64,000 bases of DNA from an uncultured delta proteobacterium (GCA_963827685.1 CAWHBU010000003.1:224001-288000), one strand, 5' to 3'; shown: positions 39,748-52,461, numbered from the stretch's first letter. The notes: generated by a model not told the origin, from the letters alone. Numbers and translations: made by a program.

Positions 39748-40284
39748 CTAGCGCAAGTAGGTAATGCCTTGAACGTTTTTGATGATTGGATGATTCTTTT
39801 CAAAGAATACTTTATATTCTTCAAGAGAATGGAATGGACCGTGAACCCCAACAAGCGTTTTATAAGGTGTCCCGTAATCCATAATGAAAAGATTACCCTC
39901 CCTCATATAAGAACAGACGTAATGATTTGCTCCTTGTCGAATTAAGAGAACCGCTATCTTAGCTTTATAGGATGGATCGATCCGGTTGAGAGTCTCCTTG
40001 GCAAAGATCGCTGCATCAATGTAGATTCCAGATTTGAGTTTGAAAGTTTCCTCTGGGGCTCTCGGGGGAGGTAATGTTCCTTCAAATCTCTTAAACCTCT
40101 CCACATCGAGAGAAAAATCCTTTTCCATCCATGTCTCTACGTCTTTATAGGATTTCCATCGGGAAACCGTATCATCATAGGATCTTACGAAAATAATCCC
40201 ACAGGCAAAGAGGAATAGAAACAAAATGGATAAACATTTAATTTTCAATCTTATTATTTTTATCTGATCCGTTTGAGAATCCAT
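39748..40284 (-). CDS. Hypothetical protein, degenerate transglutaminase-like fold possible
   Basis: N-terminal TM; 'PEETF..KSG.YID.A', 'NHYVC', 'MDYG'. Confidence 0.55.
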   Translation of the reverse strand: MDSQTDQIKIIRLKIKCLSILFLFLFACGIIFVRSYDDTVSRWKSYKDVETWMEKDFSLDVERFKRFEGTLPPPRAPEETFKLKSGIYIDAAIFAKETLNRIDPSYKAKIAVLLIRQGANHYVCSYMREGNLFIMDYGTPYKTLVGVHGPFHSLEEYKVFFEKNHPIIKNVQGITYLR

Positions 40285-40528
40285 CTCGTATCTCCTGATC
40301 TCCTGAAATTTGATTCCCCGTCAGTTCCACAATTTAAGTTCATCAGAATAATCGAAGGCCCTATACTTTCTAACCGAAATACAACCAAAGATCAATCATC
40401 AGGATCCTCCCTTCTCTTTCAGAAAAGGATAAACTGTAAGAAAGATTGATTTTTTGCTTTAGAATGATTAAATTGAAAATTCTTCTATCAAACCTCCGGG
40501 AGGAAAGCATGTCGTCTCATGAGAATCT

Positions 40529-40750
40529 AATGGAGCCCCACGGGCAAAGCCCGTGGTACCTCCATGAAATACCCGCCTACGCCCATGGACGCTGAAACGC
40601 TTCGGTGCGCAAGTGCCAGGGCTTCGGCGGGTTATCCGCCGGTAGCGGAATCCGCCGTAGCATTAACCTAGGGGCACAGAAATGACTAAGCCACGGAGTC
40701 CGCATTCATCCACGGGCAAAACCCGTGGTCTTCTGCGTAGGCGGATAAAA
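40529..40750. mobile_element. Non-autonomous IS200/IS605-like remnant
   Basis: Two near-identical subterminal hairpins CCACGGGCAAA(G/A)CCCGTGG at 40538 and 40710; no transposase. Confidence 0.55.
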
Positions 40751-40836
40751 ATCTTTGAGTATGCCCTCCAGCAGGAAGAAACAGGAAAATCCTTCTTTCA
40801 GAATTCCCTCCAGAGGATGGGAGTGGATGATCCCAA

Positions 40837-42078
40837 ATGATTCGTACGTTGACGCCAGACGGTAATTTCCTGTTTGTCACACGCATCGCCCGCATGTTTG
40901 GTTACGGATTCCTCTCCGTTGTGCTCGTGCTCTATCTTGAACAAGTAGGATTGAACCAAGTCCAAATCGGCCTTCTCCTGACCTTGACCTTAATTGGCGA
41001 TACGATCATCTCCTTATGGATTACTACGAACGCTGATCGTATTGGCAGGCGGCGAATGCTAATCATTGGGGCTTTCCTGATGGTTTTCGCTGGACTCTTA
41101 TTCGCCGTGACACGCCATTTTATGTTCCTTTTGATTGCTGCCACCATTGGCGTTATCAGCCCAAGTGGTTATGAGGTCGGTCCGTTTTTGTCTATCGAAC
41201 AAGCGGCGTTGTCGCAGATTGTCGCAGACGAAAAACGGACCAATATCTTTGCCTGGTATAACCTTGTGGGTTCATTTGCCACGGCGTTAGGTGCCTTAGC
41301 GGGTGGTTCATTGGTTCAAGCCCTTATGGACTCCGGTGTGACACCACTCGGAAGTTATCGAACAATTGTGATCGGCTATGCAATAATAGGAGTACTGCTT
41401 GGCGGGTTATTCACCCGCCTTTCCTCTTCAGTGGAAGTTAAGGCAGGGGGCGCTTCATCTCCTTCTGCTTCTGCCTTCAAAACTCGATTTGGTCTTCATC
41501 GATCACGGGGAGTGGTGCTCAAGCTATCTGCTTTGTTCTCCATCGATGCCTTCGCAGGTGGCTTCGTGTTGCAGAGTATCGTGGCCTACTGGTTTCACGT
41601 ACGATTTAATGTGCAGCCAGCCATCCTCGGAAGCATTTTCTTCGGGGCGAATATTCTTGCCGGCCTCTCAGCTCTAAGCGCTGCCTGGGTGGCCTCCAAG
41701 ATAGGCCTAATTAGAACCATGGTATTCACACACATTCCCTCAAATCTCTTATTAATCCTGGTACCGCTCATGCCAAACCTGCCATTGGCCATTACGGTTT
41801 TGCTGTTACGCTTCAGCATTTCACAGATGGATGTTCCCACACGGCAATCCTACACCATGGCGGTGGTTGCACCGGATGAGCGGTCCGCCGCTGCTGGCAT
41901 GACAGGAATTGCACGGACGACAGGCGCTTCGCTCTCACCTGTCATTACAGGACCTTTGTTGGCTAATGCAGCACTAATGAATTTGCCCTTCTTCATATCC
42001 GGCGGCCTCAAAATCATTTATGACCTAATGCTATATCGCAATTTCAAGGCCATCAAACCCCCGGAAGAGAAGACATAG
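40837..42078 (+). CDS. MFS transporter
   Basis: 'ADRIGRRR' motif A; 12 TM; 'SQMDVPTRQSY'. Confidence 0.9.
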   Translation: MIRTLTPDGNFLFVTRIARMFGYGFLSVVLVLYLEQVGLNQVQIGLLLTLTLIGDTIISLWITTNADRIGRRRMLIIGAFLMVFAGLLFAVTRHFMFLLIAATIGVISPSGYEVGPFLSIEQAALSQIVADEKRTNIFAWYNLVGSFATALGALAGGSLVQALMDSGVTPLGSYRTIVIGYAIIGVLLGGLFTRLSSSVEVKAGGASSPSASAFKTRFGLHRSRGVVLKLSALFSIDAFAGGFVLQSIVAYWFHVRFNVQPAILGSIFFGANILAGLSALSAAWVASKIGLIRTMVFTHIPSNLLLILVPLMPNLPLAITVLLLRFSISQMDVPTRQSYTMAVVAPDERSAAAGMTGIARTTGASLSPVITGPLLANAALMNLPFFISGGLKIIYDLMLYRNFKAIKPPEEKT

Positions 42079-42080
42079 GG

Positions 42081-42144
42081 ATTGGGGGATTGGGGGATTG
42101 GGGGATTGGGGGATTGGGGGATTGGGGGATTGGGGGATTGGGGA
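42081..42144 (+). repeat. Tandem octamer (ATTGGGGG)x7 plus one degenerate copy
   Basis: Directly visible. Confidence 0.95.
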
Positions 42145-42189
42145 ATTGCGAATTGCATGGAGTTCCAGATTCCAAAATTCCTAAATTCC

Positions 42190-43200
42190 CTAATTCCTAA
42201 ATTCTTCAATTTGACCGCGAATTTTCCACCAGGTTTCGAAAAGCCTATCCGCCAGACTTCTGGCAAATGAAAGTCCTCGAGGTCCATCTTCCAATTGCTC
42301 CATCCATTTTACTGGAAGGCCCTTTTCTCCTACATGGGCGCCCACGATGGCTCCAACCATCCCTGCAATCGTATCGGTGTCGCCTCCGAGGGAAATGGCT
42401 GATCGAATGGCATCACAAAAATCCGGACTATAAGTAATCGCAATATAGCAGGCACTAGGAACAGAGAGATGAGCCTCCACCCCGTTTCCAAGGAATTGGA
42501 CAACCTCACGGGCTTGGAGTTTCTTCCCTTGAGACAACATCTCCTCAATCTTATTTAAAGCCTTTGTATAATCGATCGGTCCACCCCAAAGAAGTTCTCT
42601 CAGGTTGATAACCATTTGCTCTTTCTTGAACGGTTCCTTCGGGTTCTGCATCACTGCCAATCCTACAGAGCAAGCCTGCATTACAGCTCCCCATTGACCT
42701 AAGGGATGAACATGGGTGATATTTGCCTGTTTAATGGCCGCCTCTTGAAGGCCAACCAGATCGTGATGGTAGAAGAGGCCGACGGGAGAGACTCGCATGG
42801 CAGCGCCATTCCCGAATGACCCGTTTTCAAAAACAATCCGCGCCACCTCATGCCATTTCAATCCAGTTCGGAGCGCCTCGACAGCTTTGATCGTTCCGAT
42901 GGCATAACCACGTGTGAGATCACAGTAGAGACTGAACTGCTTCGCAATATCTTCCAGATCGATTTTCCCACATTGGATGATCGATTCAGCCAGGGCAAGC
43001 GTCATGTCTGTGTCATCGGTATAACTTCTGGTAAACTTTTTTGACACGAAGTGATGAACCGAAGGTGAATCAAGGATGCTCATGTGAAACATAGCCCTAT
43101 CTGGGTCCATCCCTTCGAAGCCTGATCCAAAGGCATCTCCCAAAAAGCATCCGAGGATTGCCCCTCTGAATTTATCTTGAAGGATTTCTTGAGATATCAT
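42190..43200 (-). CDS. ADP-ribosylglycohydrolase family protein
   Basis: GDAFG, YTDDT, GNGAAMR, GGDTDT. Confidence 0.92.
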   Translation of the reverse strand: MISQEILQDKFRGAILGCFLGDAFGSGFEGMDPDRAMFHMSILDSPSVHHFVSKKFTRSYTDDTDMTLALAESIIQCGKIDLEDIAKQFSLYCDLTRGYAIGTIKAVEALRTGLKWHEVARIVFENGSFGNGAAMRVSPVGLFYHHDLVGLQEAAIKQANITHVHPLGQWGAVMQACSVGLAVMQNPKEPFKKEQMVINLRELLWGGPIDYTKALNKIEEMLSQGKKLQAREVVQFLGNGVEAHLSVPSACYIAITYSPDFCDAIRSAISLGGDTDTIAGMVGAIVGAHVGEKGLPVKWMEQLEDGPRGLSFARSLADRLFETWWKIRGQIEEFRN

Positions 43201-43205
43201 AATTA

Positions 43206-44310
43206 TTGACTTTCGCATAAATAATGGAACGTTTTAACTTTTTCTGCTATAATATGGGGCATGAGACCCCATGGATCCCAAGAGGAACTGGAGAAGCGCC
43301 GTCGAGGCGCCATTTCGTTGTTGAAAGAAGGCAAGGCCAGTCTTTCGGCCATAGCGCGTTCGGTGGGGGCATCAAAAAGCTCAGTCTTCCGATGGTTTCA
43401 ACAGTACCAAGAAGGCGGATCGGAGGCCCTTCGCTCGAAGGCCATTCCAGGACGTCCTCCGAAGCTGTCTCGAATCGAGAAAGAGAAGTTAGCGGAACTG
43501 CTTTTGGCGGGTCCTCTGGCCGCAGGATATCGGACCGATCTGTGGACATTGAAGCGGATCGCTCAAACCATTCTGAAACACTTTCGTATCCGGTATCACC
43601 CCAATCATGTGTGGCGGTTGCTTCAGGGCATGGGATGGAGTTGTCAGAAACCAGAGCGTCGGGCGTTACAAAGGGACGACAAAGAGATCGTACATTGGAA
43701 GGTTCACCGGTGGCCGCATATAAAAAAACGCCAAAAGACTTGGGGCCCAGCTGGTCTTTCTTGATGAGTCTGGCTTCTTACTCATTCCAAACATTCGCCG
43801 CACCTGGGCTCCAAAAGGGAAAACCCCTGTCTTCTACCACCTGTACAAACAGGATAGGATTTCCTCTATCAGTGCTTTGTCGGTCTCCCCGAAACGAAAG
43901 CGGTTGGCCCTTTATCTCCGATTTCGGGCATGGAACCTCACCGGTCTGGATGTTCGGTCTTTTCTTAAAGAACTGCTCCAACATATCAGGGGACCCATGT
44001 TCCTGTTGTGGGATCGAGCCACCATCCATCGGCGAAAGGAAGTTAAACAGTTTCTTCTTCGGCACCCTAGAATTCATATGGAATACTTTCCGGCCTATGC
44101 TCCCGAGCTTAATCCGGCTGAGTATGTTTGGAACCAGACTGACCGTGCCTTGTCCAACAGTGTACCGGAAAGTCTAAATGATCTTAAGAAAATGCTTCGA
44201 AACTCGAGACGAAGACTCAGGCAATCACAGAAACTCCTCCGGTCATGCATCTATGCTTCTGATCTCCCATGGACTAGAGAGTAGCGTTCCATTATTTATG
44301 CGAAACTCAA
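43206..44310 (+). mobile_element. IS630-family insertion sequence
   Basis: 26-bp TIRs (1 mismatch) TTGA(C/G)TTTCGCATAAATAATGGAACG; TA duplication. Confidence 0.92.
43261..44284 (+). CDS. IS630 transposase, orfA/orfB joined by a -1 shift at the A7 run (43722-43728)
   Basis: HTH + 'WPHIKK|NAKRLGAQLVFLDESGF...WDRATIH...YAPELNPAE'. Confidence 0.9.
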
Positions 44311-44334
44311 TAATACAAATGCAATAAATGGGTT

Positions 44335-44483
44335 GTCATTGCGAGGAGTCCTGCAGTTGCAGGATGACGAAGCAATCTCATAAAAGACGGGATTGCCACG
44401 CCTGCGTGCCGTAACATTTTTTTTGCACTGTAGTCAAGACAAGCACTCCGGCGTGCATGCACGCCCTTCGGGCTCGCAATGAC
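44335..44483. repeat. REP-like palindromic element with nested insertions
   Basis: GTCATTGCGAG...GAAGCAATC/GATTGCCAC...CTCGCAATGAC. Confidence 0.75.
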
Positions 44484-44610
44484 GATGGATGAGGCTAACA
44501 TATTAAATGTTAAACGGAGCTGCAATGCTAATTCCCGTTAGTCCCCTTTTATGAAAAGGGGACTGTCTTTCCCCTCCCTGTACGAAAGGGTGGCTTGGAG
44601 GGATTATAAT

Positions 44611-45504
44611 TTATAACGGTTTTCCCACTAGCCTCTCATAAGCTTCCAGATATTTTTCTCGTGTTCTGGTAACGATTTCTTCTGGCAATTGGGGAGCTGG
44701 CGGACTCTTGTCCCACTTAATGGAAAGGAGGTAATCTCTTAAGAACTGCTTGTCAAAACTCTTCTGCGGACCTCCGGGTCGGTAACCATCTTTTGGCCAG
44801 AATCTTGAAGAGTCCGGGGTGAGGAGTTCGTCGATCAGGAGAAGCTTTTTATCCTTGATCCCAAACTCCATCTTGGTATCAGCGATGATGATTCCATTAC
44901 CCTCTGCAAAATCTCGCGCTTTTTTGTAGATTGCCAATGAGAGAGATCGCAGTTTCTTCGCGCGATCCTTTCCAACGATCTTTTCCGCTCTCTCAAAGGT
45001 AATATTCTCATCATGGAGTCCCATCTCTGCTTTCGTAGCCGGTGTGAAAATGGGCTCCTCTAATTTTGAGGACTCCAGCAGTCCCTTTGGAAGTGGAATA
45101 CCGCAAACTTCCCCTGTCTTCTTATATTCCTCCCATCCTGAACCAGAAAGATACCCTCTGACCACACACTCGATGGGAAGGACATTCGTCTTCACCACCA
45201 ACATGGAGCGATCCTTCAACATCTCCTGATAGGGTTTGCAATCTTTAGGATAATCCTCTACCTCCGTTGAGATGATATGATTGGGAACAACCTCCTTTGT
45301 CAGATCGAACCAAAACCTCGATAGTTGGGTCAGTATCCTCCCTTTATCCGGAATCGGATTGGGCATCACCACATCGAAAGCAGATATCCGATCCGTTGCA
45401 ACGATCAGGAGCCGATCTCCGAGATCATAGATATCTCTCACCTTCCCCCTTCCCTGCAGGGTCAAAGATTTGAATTCAGTCATAGAAACCACGTGTGAAC
45501 TCAT
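44611..45504 (-). CDS. purC: SAICAR synthase
   Basis: [36 protein letters not shown]. Confidence 0.96.
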   Translation of the reverse strand: MSSHVVSMTEFKSLTLQGRGKVRDIYDLGDRLLIVATDRISAFDVVMPNPIPDKGRILTQLSRFWFDLTKEVVPNHIISTEVEDYPKDCKPYQEMLKDRSMLVVKTNVLPIECVVRGYLSGSGWEEYKKTGEVCGIPLPKGLLESSKLEEPIFTPATKAEMGLHDENITFERAEKIVGKDRAKKLRSLSLAIYKKARDFAEGNGIIIADTKMEFGIKDKKLLLIDELLTPDSSRFWPKDGYRPGGPQKSFDKQFLRDYLLSIKWDKSPPAPQLPEEIVTRTREKYLEAYERLVGKPL

Positions 45505-45696
45505 AAGTGCCTCCTCTCCTTCCATAAATAAGTTCGGAGTTCGGAACAACCATTTTAAGTCATTCTTTTCATCTTTAAACTCTGAACTCCGAACCTATTT
45601 AACTTTTTCACTGGAAATGTTATGGTTTTTCTCAAAATTCTTCCCCCATCTTTCTCCTTCCCCACATGCGGGAGGATGGGGGGTGGTTTCCAAAAG

Positions 45697-46320
45697 ATGA
45701 TCAGTAACAAAATCGGACATCGACTCGACCCTTACCTCTATTATATCCTTAAAACAATTGTGGGAGAACATAGCAATCCCAATCTCTTCACCTTAATGGG
45801 CTTTTTGGCAACCCTGGTCGCTTCTCTCCTTATCCTTAATGGGTTTTGGTTCCTTGCGGGACTGGCGATCATCCTTTCAGGGCTTTTTGACCTCTTTGAT
45901 GGCGTGGTAGCCAGAAAATCGGGAAAGGTGACAGCCTTTGGGGGTTTCTTAGATTCAGTCTTGGATCGATATTCGGATCTCCTTCTCCTTATCTCTCTTC
46001 TTATTCATTACCTAAGAAAAGAAGATCCTGGTCTCGTCATCCTCACTTCTTTTGTCAGTATGGGCACGATTCTTATTCCCTATGTTAGAGCGAAGGCAGA
46101 GGCGCTACAAGTCCCGTGTACCATCGGGCTGATGGAAAGGGCAGAACGTATTATCCTTCTTTCTATCGGAACCATCTTCCAATGGATGGAACCCATTCTT
46201 TGGATCCTGGCCATCTTCACTCACTTCACCGTGCTTCAACGAATCTATTATGTCTGGAAAAAACTTCGTTCTCCATTGAAGAACGAAAATTCCAAATCCC
46301 AAATTCCAAATCCCAAATAA
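45697..46320 (+). CDS. CDP-alcohol phosphatidyltransferase
   Basis: DxxDGxxAR...GxxxDxxxD motif. Confidence 0.9.
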   Translation: MISNKIGHRLDPYLYYILKTIVGEHSNPNLFTLMGFLATLVASLLILNGFWFLAGLAIILSGLFDLFDGVVARKSGKVTAFGGFLDSVLDRYSDLLLLISLLIHYLRKEDPGLVILTSFVSMGTILIPYVRAKAEALQVPCTIGLMERAERIILLSIGTIFQWMEPILWILAIFTHFTVLQRIYYVWKKLRSPLKNENSKSQIPNPK

Positions 46321-46556
46321 ATTCCAGGCAAAGATATTTGAAATTTCCCCCTAACTATCCCCTCCCCCTTCGACGGGGGAGGGTGAGGATGGGGGCGATT
46401 AGAATCAATTTCCCCCTCCCCTTTACCCTGTTAGATAAGGTTGTCTATCCAGCCCCATTATTCAAGAAATCTTCTATCTAACAGGGTGAATCCCCTCCCA
46501 CCAAGGGAGGGGAGAATTTTAGGGATTTGGCAAATGTTAGAAGAAGATTTCCAGAC

Positions 46557-47621
46557 TTAACCTTTCTCTTTTGTCATTTCTTGGATTTCATTTAACAAGA
46601 CTGAAACAAAATCTTTTTCCTTAAGCTTCCTGACTACCTTCCCCTTTCTAAATAGAACTCCTACCCCTTTTCCTCCGGCAATACCAATGTCGGCTTCTTT
46701 TGCTTCCCCTGGCCCATTCACGACACATCCCATAATCGCCACGGTGAGAGGAGTTGAGATTTTTTCAACCCCCCTTTCCACCATTCCTACAAGTCGGGTG
46801 AGATCAACCTCGCAACGGCCACAGGTGGGACAGGAAATAATCTCAACACCCCGCTTGCGAATATTCAAAGCTCTCAATATTGCGTAGCCAACGCGAACTT
46901 CTTCAACAGGATCTCCAGTCAACGAAACCCTGAGCGTATCTCCGATCCCTTCGCTGAGCAAAAGTCCGATGCCAATGGAGGATTTGGCAATGGCTCCCGA
47001 GCCTTTTCCGGCTTCTGTTACACCCAGATGGAGCGGATAATCCGATTTATTTGAAAACAGGCGGTAAGCTTGAACTGTCCGCAAGACATCCGAAGCCTTC
47101 AAAGAGATCTTGATCAGATGGAAACCGAGATCCTCTATCCATTCGATCGTCCGGAGGGCGCTTGAAACCATGGCCTCAGGAGTTGCTCCTCCGAATCGTT
47201 TTAAGAGGTCTTTCTCTAAAGAACCGGAATTCACTCCGATACGGATGGGAATGGAACGATCTCTCGCCTCTGTGATAACGGGCTTCAGACGATCTCTTCC
47301 TCCAATATTTCCAGGATTAATGCGGAGACCATCCGCTCCAGACGCCATGGCCATCAGAGCCAGGTGAGGATGGAAGTGGATATCTGCAATCAGGGGAATT
47401 CGAATCTTCTTCTTAATCTCAGTAATCGCACGGGCTGCTTCCTCATCCACCACAGCCACCCGAATGATTTCACAACCTGCCTCTTCGAGACGCCGGATTT
47501 GATGGACGGTCTTCCGGATATCCCTCGTATCGGTTTTCGTCATCGATTGGACAGAGATGGATGCATTCCCTCCAACCTTGACCGGGCCTATAGAAATCTG
47601 ATGTGTCTCTCTTCGTTCCAT
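46557..47621 (-). CDS. ispG: HMBPP synthase
   Basis: VQSMT, ADIHF, RINPGNIG, CPTCGR, GCVVNGPGE. Confidence 0.96.
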   Translation of the reverse strand: MERRETHQISIGPVKVGGNASISVQSMTKTDTRDIRKTVHQIRRLEEAGCEIIRVAVVDEEAARAITEIKKKIRIPLIADIHFHPHLALMAMASGADGLRINPGNIGGRDRLKPVITEARDRSIPIRIGVNSGSLEKDLLKRFGGATPEAMVSSALRTIEWIEDLGFHLIKISLKASDVLRTVQAYRLFSNKSDYPLHLGVTEAGKGSGAIAKSSIGIGLLLSEGIGDTLRVSLTGDPVEEVRVGYAILRALNIRKRGVEIISCPTCGRCEVDLTRLVGMVERGVEKISTPLTVAIMGCVVNGPGEAKEADIGIAGGKGVGVLFRKGKVVRKLKEKDFVSVLLNEIQEMTKEKG

Positions 47622-47652
47622 CGAATATTTTGGGAACGACTCTTGAAGAAAC

Positions 47653-49029
<1,377 letters not shown>

Positions 49030-49068
49030 TCAAGTAAATTCCGCATTCTGCATTCCGCAATCTGCAAT

Positions 49069-50233
49069 TTACAGTCCGGCGGCCTTCCTCAGTTCTTCCG
49101 CGCGATGGGTATTCTCCCATGGAAACCCAGGCTCATTTCGGCCGAAATGACCATAACAAGCCGTCCTCTTGTAGATCGGCTTGAGAAGATCGAGATACTT
49201 GATGATCGCCTTCGGCCTCATGTCAAAATGTTCACGAATGATCTTTGCAATCTTGTCGGGAGATATCTTTGAGGTTCTTGAGGTATCGATCATCAAGGAG
49301 ACAGGTTCTGCTTTCCCGATGGTGTAGGCAATTTGAACTTCGCATTTTTTCTGCAAGGCCACCTGCCACCACATTCTTGGCAATATGCCTGGCCATGTAA
49401 GATGCGCTTCGGTCCATCTTCGACGGGTCCTTTCCCGAAAAAGAGCCTCCCCCATGACTCCCCACTCCCCCATACGTATCCACAATGATTTTTCTTCCCG
49501 TCAGTCCGCAATCGGCTTTCGGCCCTCCCACCACGAAGCGTCCTGTCGTATTGACATAGTATTTGGTGTTCTTATCTCGAAGTTTCTCAGGAATGACTTT
49601 GAGGATGACTTCTTCGATAATCCCCTCCCTGAGCTTCTCATAGGCAATGCTTTCTGAGTGCTGAGCGGCAATGACGACCGAATCGACACGGGTTGGCTTT
49701 CCATTGATATATTGGATCGTCACCTGAGACTTTCCATCAGGCCTCAGAAAATCGAGGATCTTCTTCTTCCGCACCTCGGCCAATCGTTGGGTCAGGCGGT
49801 GGGCGAAGATGATGGGCATAGGCATCAACTCCGGGGTTTCATTGCAGGCATAGCCGAACATTAACCCTTGATCCCCGGCTCCTTGTTCATGATCTCCTGA
49901 TTCATCCACTCCTTGCTTGATATCGGACGACTGCTCATCAATAGAGGTGATCACGGCACAGGTCTCCCAATCGAAGCCCATCGCTGAGTCATTGTATCCG
50001 ATCTCCTTGATCGTCTCGCGGACGATGGATGGCATGTGGACATAGCAGGAAGTGGTAATCTCTCCCGCAATAATCGCCATGCCCGTGGTGACCATTGCTT
50101 CACAGGCAACCCGGGCCCTGGTATCCTGAGCGATGATCGCATCCAGGACGGAATCTGAAATCTGATCGGCCACCTTATCAGGATGCCCTTCGGTGACCGA
50201 TTCTGAGGTGAACAAAAAATCTGTCATTGCCAT
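49069..50233 (-). CDS. metK: S-adenosylmethionine synthetase, apparent +1 frameshift in an A6 run at about 49345-49350
   Basis: [32 protein letters not shown]; span is 3n+1. Confidence 0.93.
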
Positions 50234-50321
50234 GGAATATTTCCTCCCTTTCTCCCCTTACACTCTCCTCTCCCCCCTGCCTACCGGCAGGCAGGCGAAG
50301 GAGGTGTGGCGGGTGAGGGAT

Positions 50322-52118
50322 TTATGCTTTTGCCTTCTCTGTATTAGATTCAATTTCAATAAAATCTTCAGGAAATCGTTTGGCCGCCCATTTTCGTACA
50401 AAGCCCTCAATCTCTGAGGCTGTCGGAAATTGGAACAATTCTTCGACTAGCGACCGGCTCTCCTCAAACCTCGACATCCGGAGCACCTTCTTCACTTTGG
50501 GGATGGAAACCGGGGTCATGCTGAATTCATCCAGGCCCAATCCTAAAAGGACGACGGCATAAGCTGGCTCTGCCGCCATCTCTCCGCAAATGGCTACCGG
50601 AATTCCGGCCTGATGACCTGACCGAACCACCCACCGGATGATTCTCAGAACGGCCGGATGCAGGGGTTCATAGAGATAGGAGACGTGCTCATTGATCCGA
50701 TCGACGGCCAACGCATACTGAATCAGATCGTTTGTTCCGATGCTGAAGAAATCCACCTCTCTCGCCAAAATATCAGCGATGTCCGAGGCAGAGGGAATCT
50801 CGATCATGGCCCCGATCTCGATTTTTTCATCAAAGGGAATTTTGGCCCTCGCCAGGCCTTTCTTCACCTCTTCTAAAATGGCTTTCGCCTGTCGGATTTC
50901 TTCAATTCCCGAGATCATGGGGAAAAGGATTCTTAGCTTTCCATGGACACTGGCTCGCAAAATCCCCCTCAGCTGGGTTTTAAAGATTTCGGTCTCCTTG
51001 AGGCTGAACCGGATCGCCCTCAACCCCAAGGCCGGGTTCAACTCATTATTCTTTGAATAATTGGGAAGAAATTTATCGCCACCGATGTCCAACGTGCGGA
51101 TGGTGGCTGCGGCAGGGGAAACATTTTCCACCAGACGTCGGTAGGTTCGGAAATGTTCTTCCTCCGTCGGGAGGTCTTTCCGATTCAGATAAAGGATTTC
51201 AGTACGATAAAGCCCGATCCCTTCCGCACCATGCATCTTGGCAGAGGAGATCTCCTCCACCATTTCAATATTGGCCTGCAGACGGACACGGACTCCATCG
51301 CGGGTCTCTGCCGGCAGAGAGGCATACTTAAGAATCTCACGCTCAATCAATCTGGTCCGGCGTTTCCGTTCGAGAAAGGACTTTGAGATTTCCTCCGTGG
51401 GATTAATGACCACCTCTCCCGTCTCTCCATCGATGATCAAGAGGTCTCCCCCGTTGATGAGGGAAGTCGCCACCTGGAGGCCTACCACTGCCGGGATGCC
51501 CAGAGATCGGGAGAGAATGGCCGTATGGGAGACTTTTCCACCGATGTCCGTGACGAACCCCGCCACATGTTCCAGGCTCATCTGGAGGGTATCCGCTGGA
51601 GAGAGGTCATGGGCGACAATAATCACTTTCCCTTTGATCTTGGTGATATCATCATGCTTTTTTCCCAAGAGGCTTCGAAAGATCCTTGCCGCCACATAGT
51701 GAAGGTCGCTGCGCCGTTCCCTCAAATATTCGTCTTCGATGGCCTTAAAGACCGTGTCCAGCCTCTCCAAGGTGAGGTCCAGAGCCCATTCTGCATTGAC
51801 CTTTTTTTTTCGGATCGTATCCACTGTATCCTGAAGCAGCATCTCATCGTTCAGGATCATCAAGTGGACATCCAGGATAAAAGAATGTTTACGTACCTCT
51901 GGGTCCAGAATCTTCTCTTTAATCTCCGCTAACTGATTCTGTGATTCTTGAATCGCGTTGAGGAACCGCTTGACCTCTCCCTCTACCTGAGTTGAAGCGA
52001 TTTGCTTCTGAGGAAGACGGACTTTGAATCGTTCAACCAAGTAGGCTTTCCCAACGATGATTCCGGGAGAAGCTCCGATTCCTTGGATAAATTTATTGAT
52101 CTGTTGCCGAACAGCCAT
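50322..52118 (-). CDS. ptsI: PEP-protein phosphotransferase (enzyme I)
   Basis: SHTAILSR, GIGLYRTE, SIGTNDL, CGEMA. Confidence 0.95.
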   Translation of the reverse strand: MAVRQQINKFIQGIGASPGIIVGKAYLVERFKVRLPQKQIASTQVEGEVKRFLNAIQESQNQLAEIKEKILDPEVRKHSFILDVHLMILNDEMLLQDTVDTIRKKKVNAEWALDLTLERLDTVFKAIEDEYLRERRSDLHYVAARIFRSLLGKKHDDITKIKGKVIIVAHDLSPADTLQMSLEHVAGFVTDIGGKVSHTAILSRSLGIPAVVGLQVATSLINGGDLLIIDGETGEVVINPTEEISKSFLERKRRTRLIEREILKYASLPAETRDGVRVRLQANIEMVEEISSAKMHGAEGIGLYRTEILYLNRKDLPTEEEHFRTYRRLVENVSPAAATIRTLDIGGDKFLPNYSKNNELNPALGLRAIRFSLKETEIFKTQLRGILRASVHGKLRILFPMISGIEEIRQAKAILEEVKKGLARAKIPFDEKIEIGAMIEIPSASDIADILAREVDFFSIGTNDLIQYALAVDRINEHVSYLYEPLHPAVLRIIRWVVRSGHQAGIPVAICGEMAAEPAYAVVLLGLGLDEFSMTPVSIPKVKKVLRMSRFEESRSLVEELFQFPTASEIEGFVRKWAAKRFPEDFIEIESNTEKAKA

Positions 52119-52120
52119 TC

Positions 52121-52387
52121 CTATTCTTCACCGAACCGATTCTCAATCAATTCACCCAGGGCTTTGATCGCTTGGACCGCGTCTTTTCCTTCTGCCTTCA
52201 GCGTAATCTTCGAGCCCTTGGAAGCGGCCAGCATCAGAATGCCCATGATCGATTTCCCATTGACCTCCAGACCATCCTTCTCGAGGGTAATCTCTGAAGC
52301 AAAGCGATTGGCCGTTTTGACCAAGAGAGCCGCTACCCGTGCATGAAGCCCTAAGCGATTTCGAATCGTGAAGGTCTGAACTTCCAT
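52121..52387 (-). CDS. ptsH: HPr family phosphocarrier
   Basis: GLHAR, GKSIMG. Confidence 0.93.
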   Translation of the reverse strand: MEVQTFTIRNRLGLHARVAALLVKTANRFASEITLEKDGLEVNGKSIMGILMLAASKGSKITLKAEGKDAVQAIKALGELIENRFGEE

Positions 52388-52461
52388 CCCAACTTTTATG
52401 AAAACCGCGCATAGCGCAAAGTGTTTTTTACTCTTAATTCTTAACTCTTAATTCATAACTC

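Noticed and set aside
42018-42287. ORFs with PQSPNPPI / GDWGIGGL repeats
   Set aside because: Translation of the non-coding octamer tract
43720-43730. Transposase frameshift as a novelty or error
   Set aside because: A -1 shift at an A-run between orfA and orfB is normal for IS630
43224-44177. 317-aa ORF overlapping the IS630 transposase
   Set aside because: Alternative frame of the transposase with no recognisable motifs
49340-49352. metK split as a programmed frameshift or pseudogene
   Set aside because: One extra A in a homopolymer of an essential, otherwise intact gene; most likely a sequencing error
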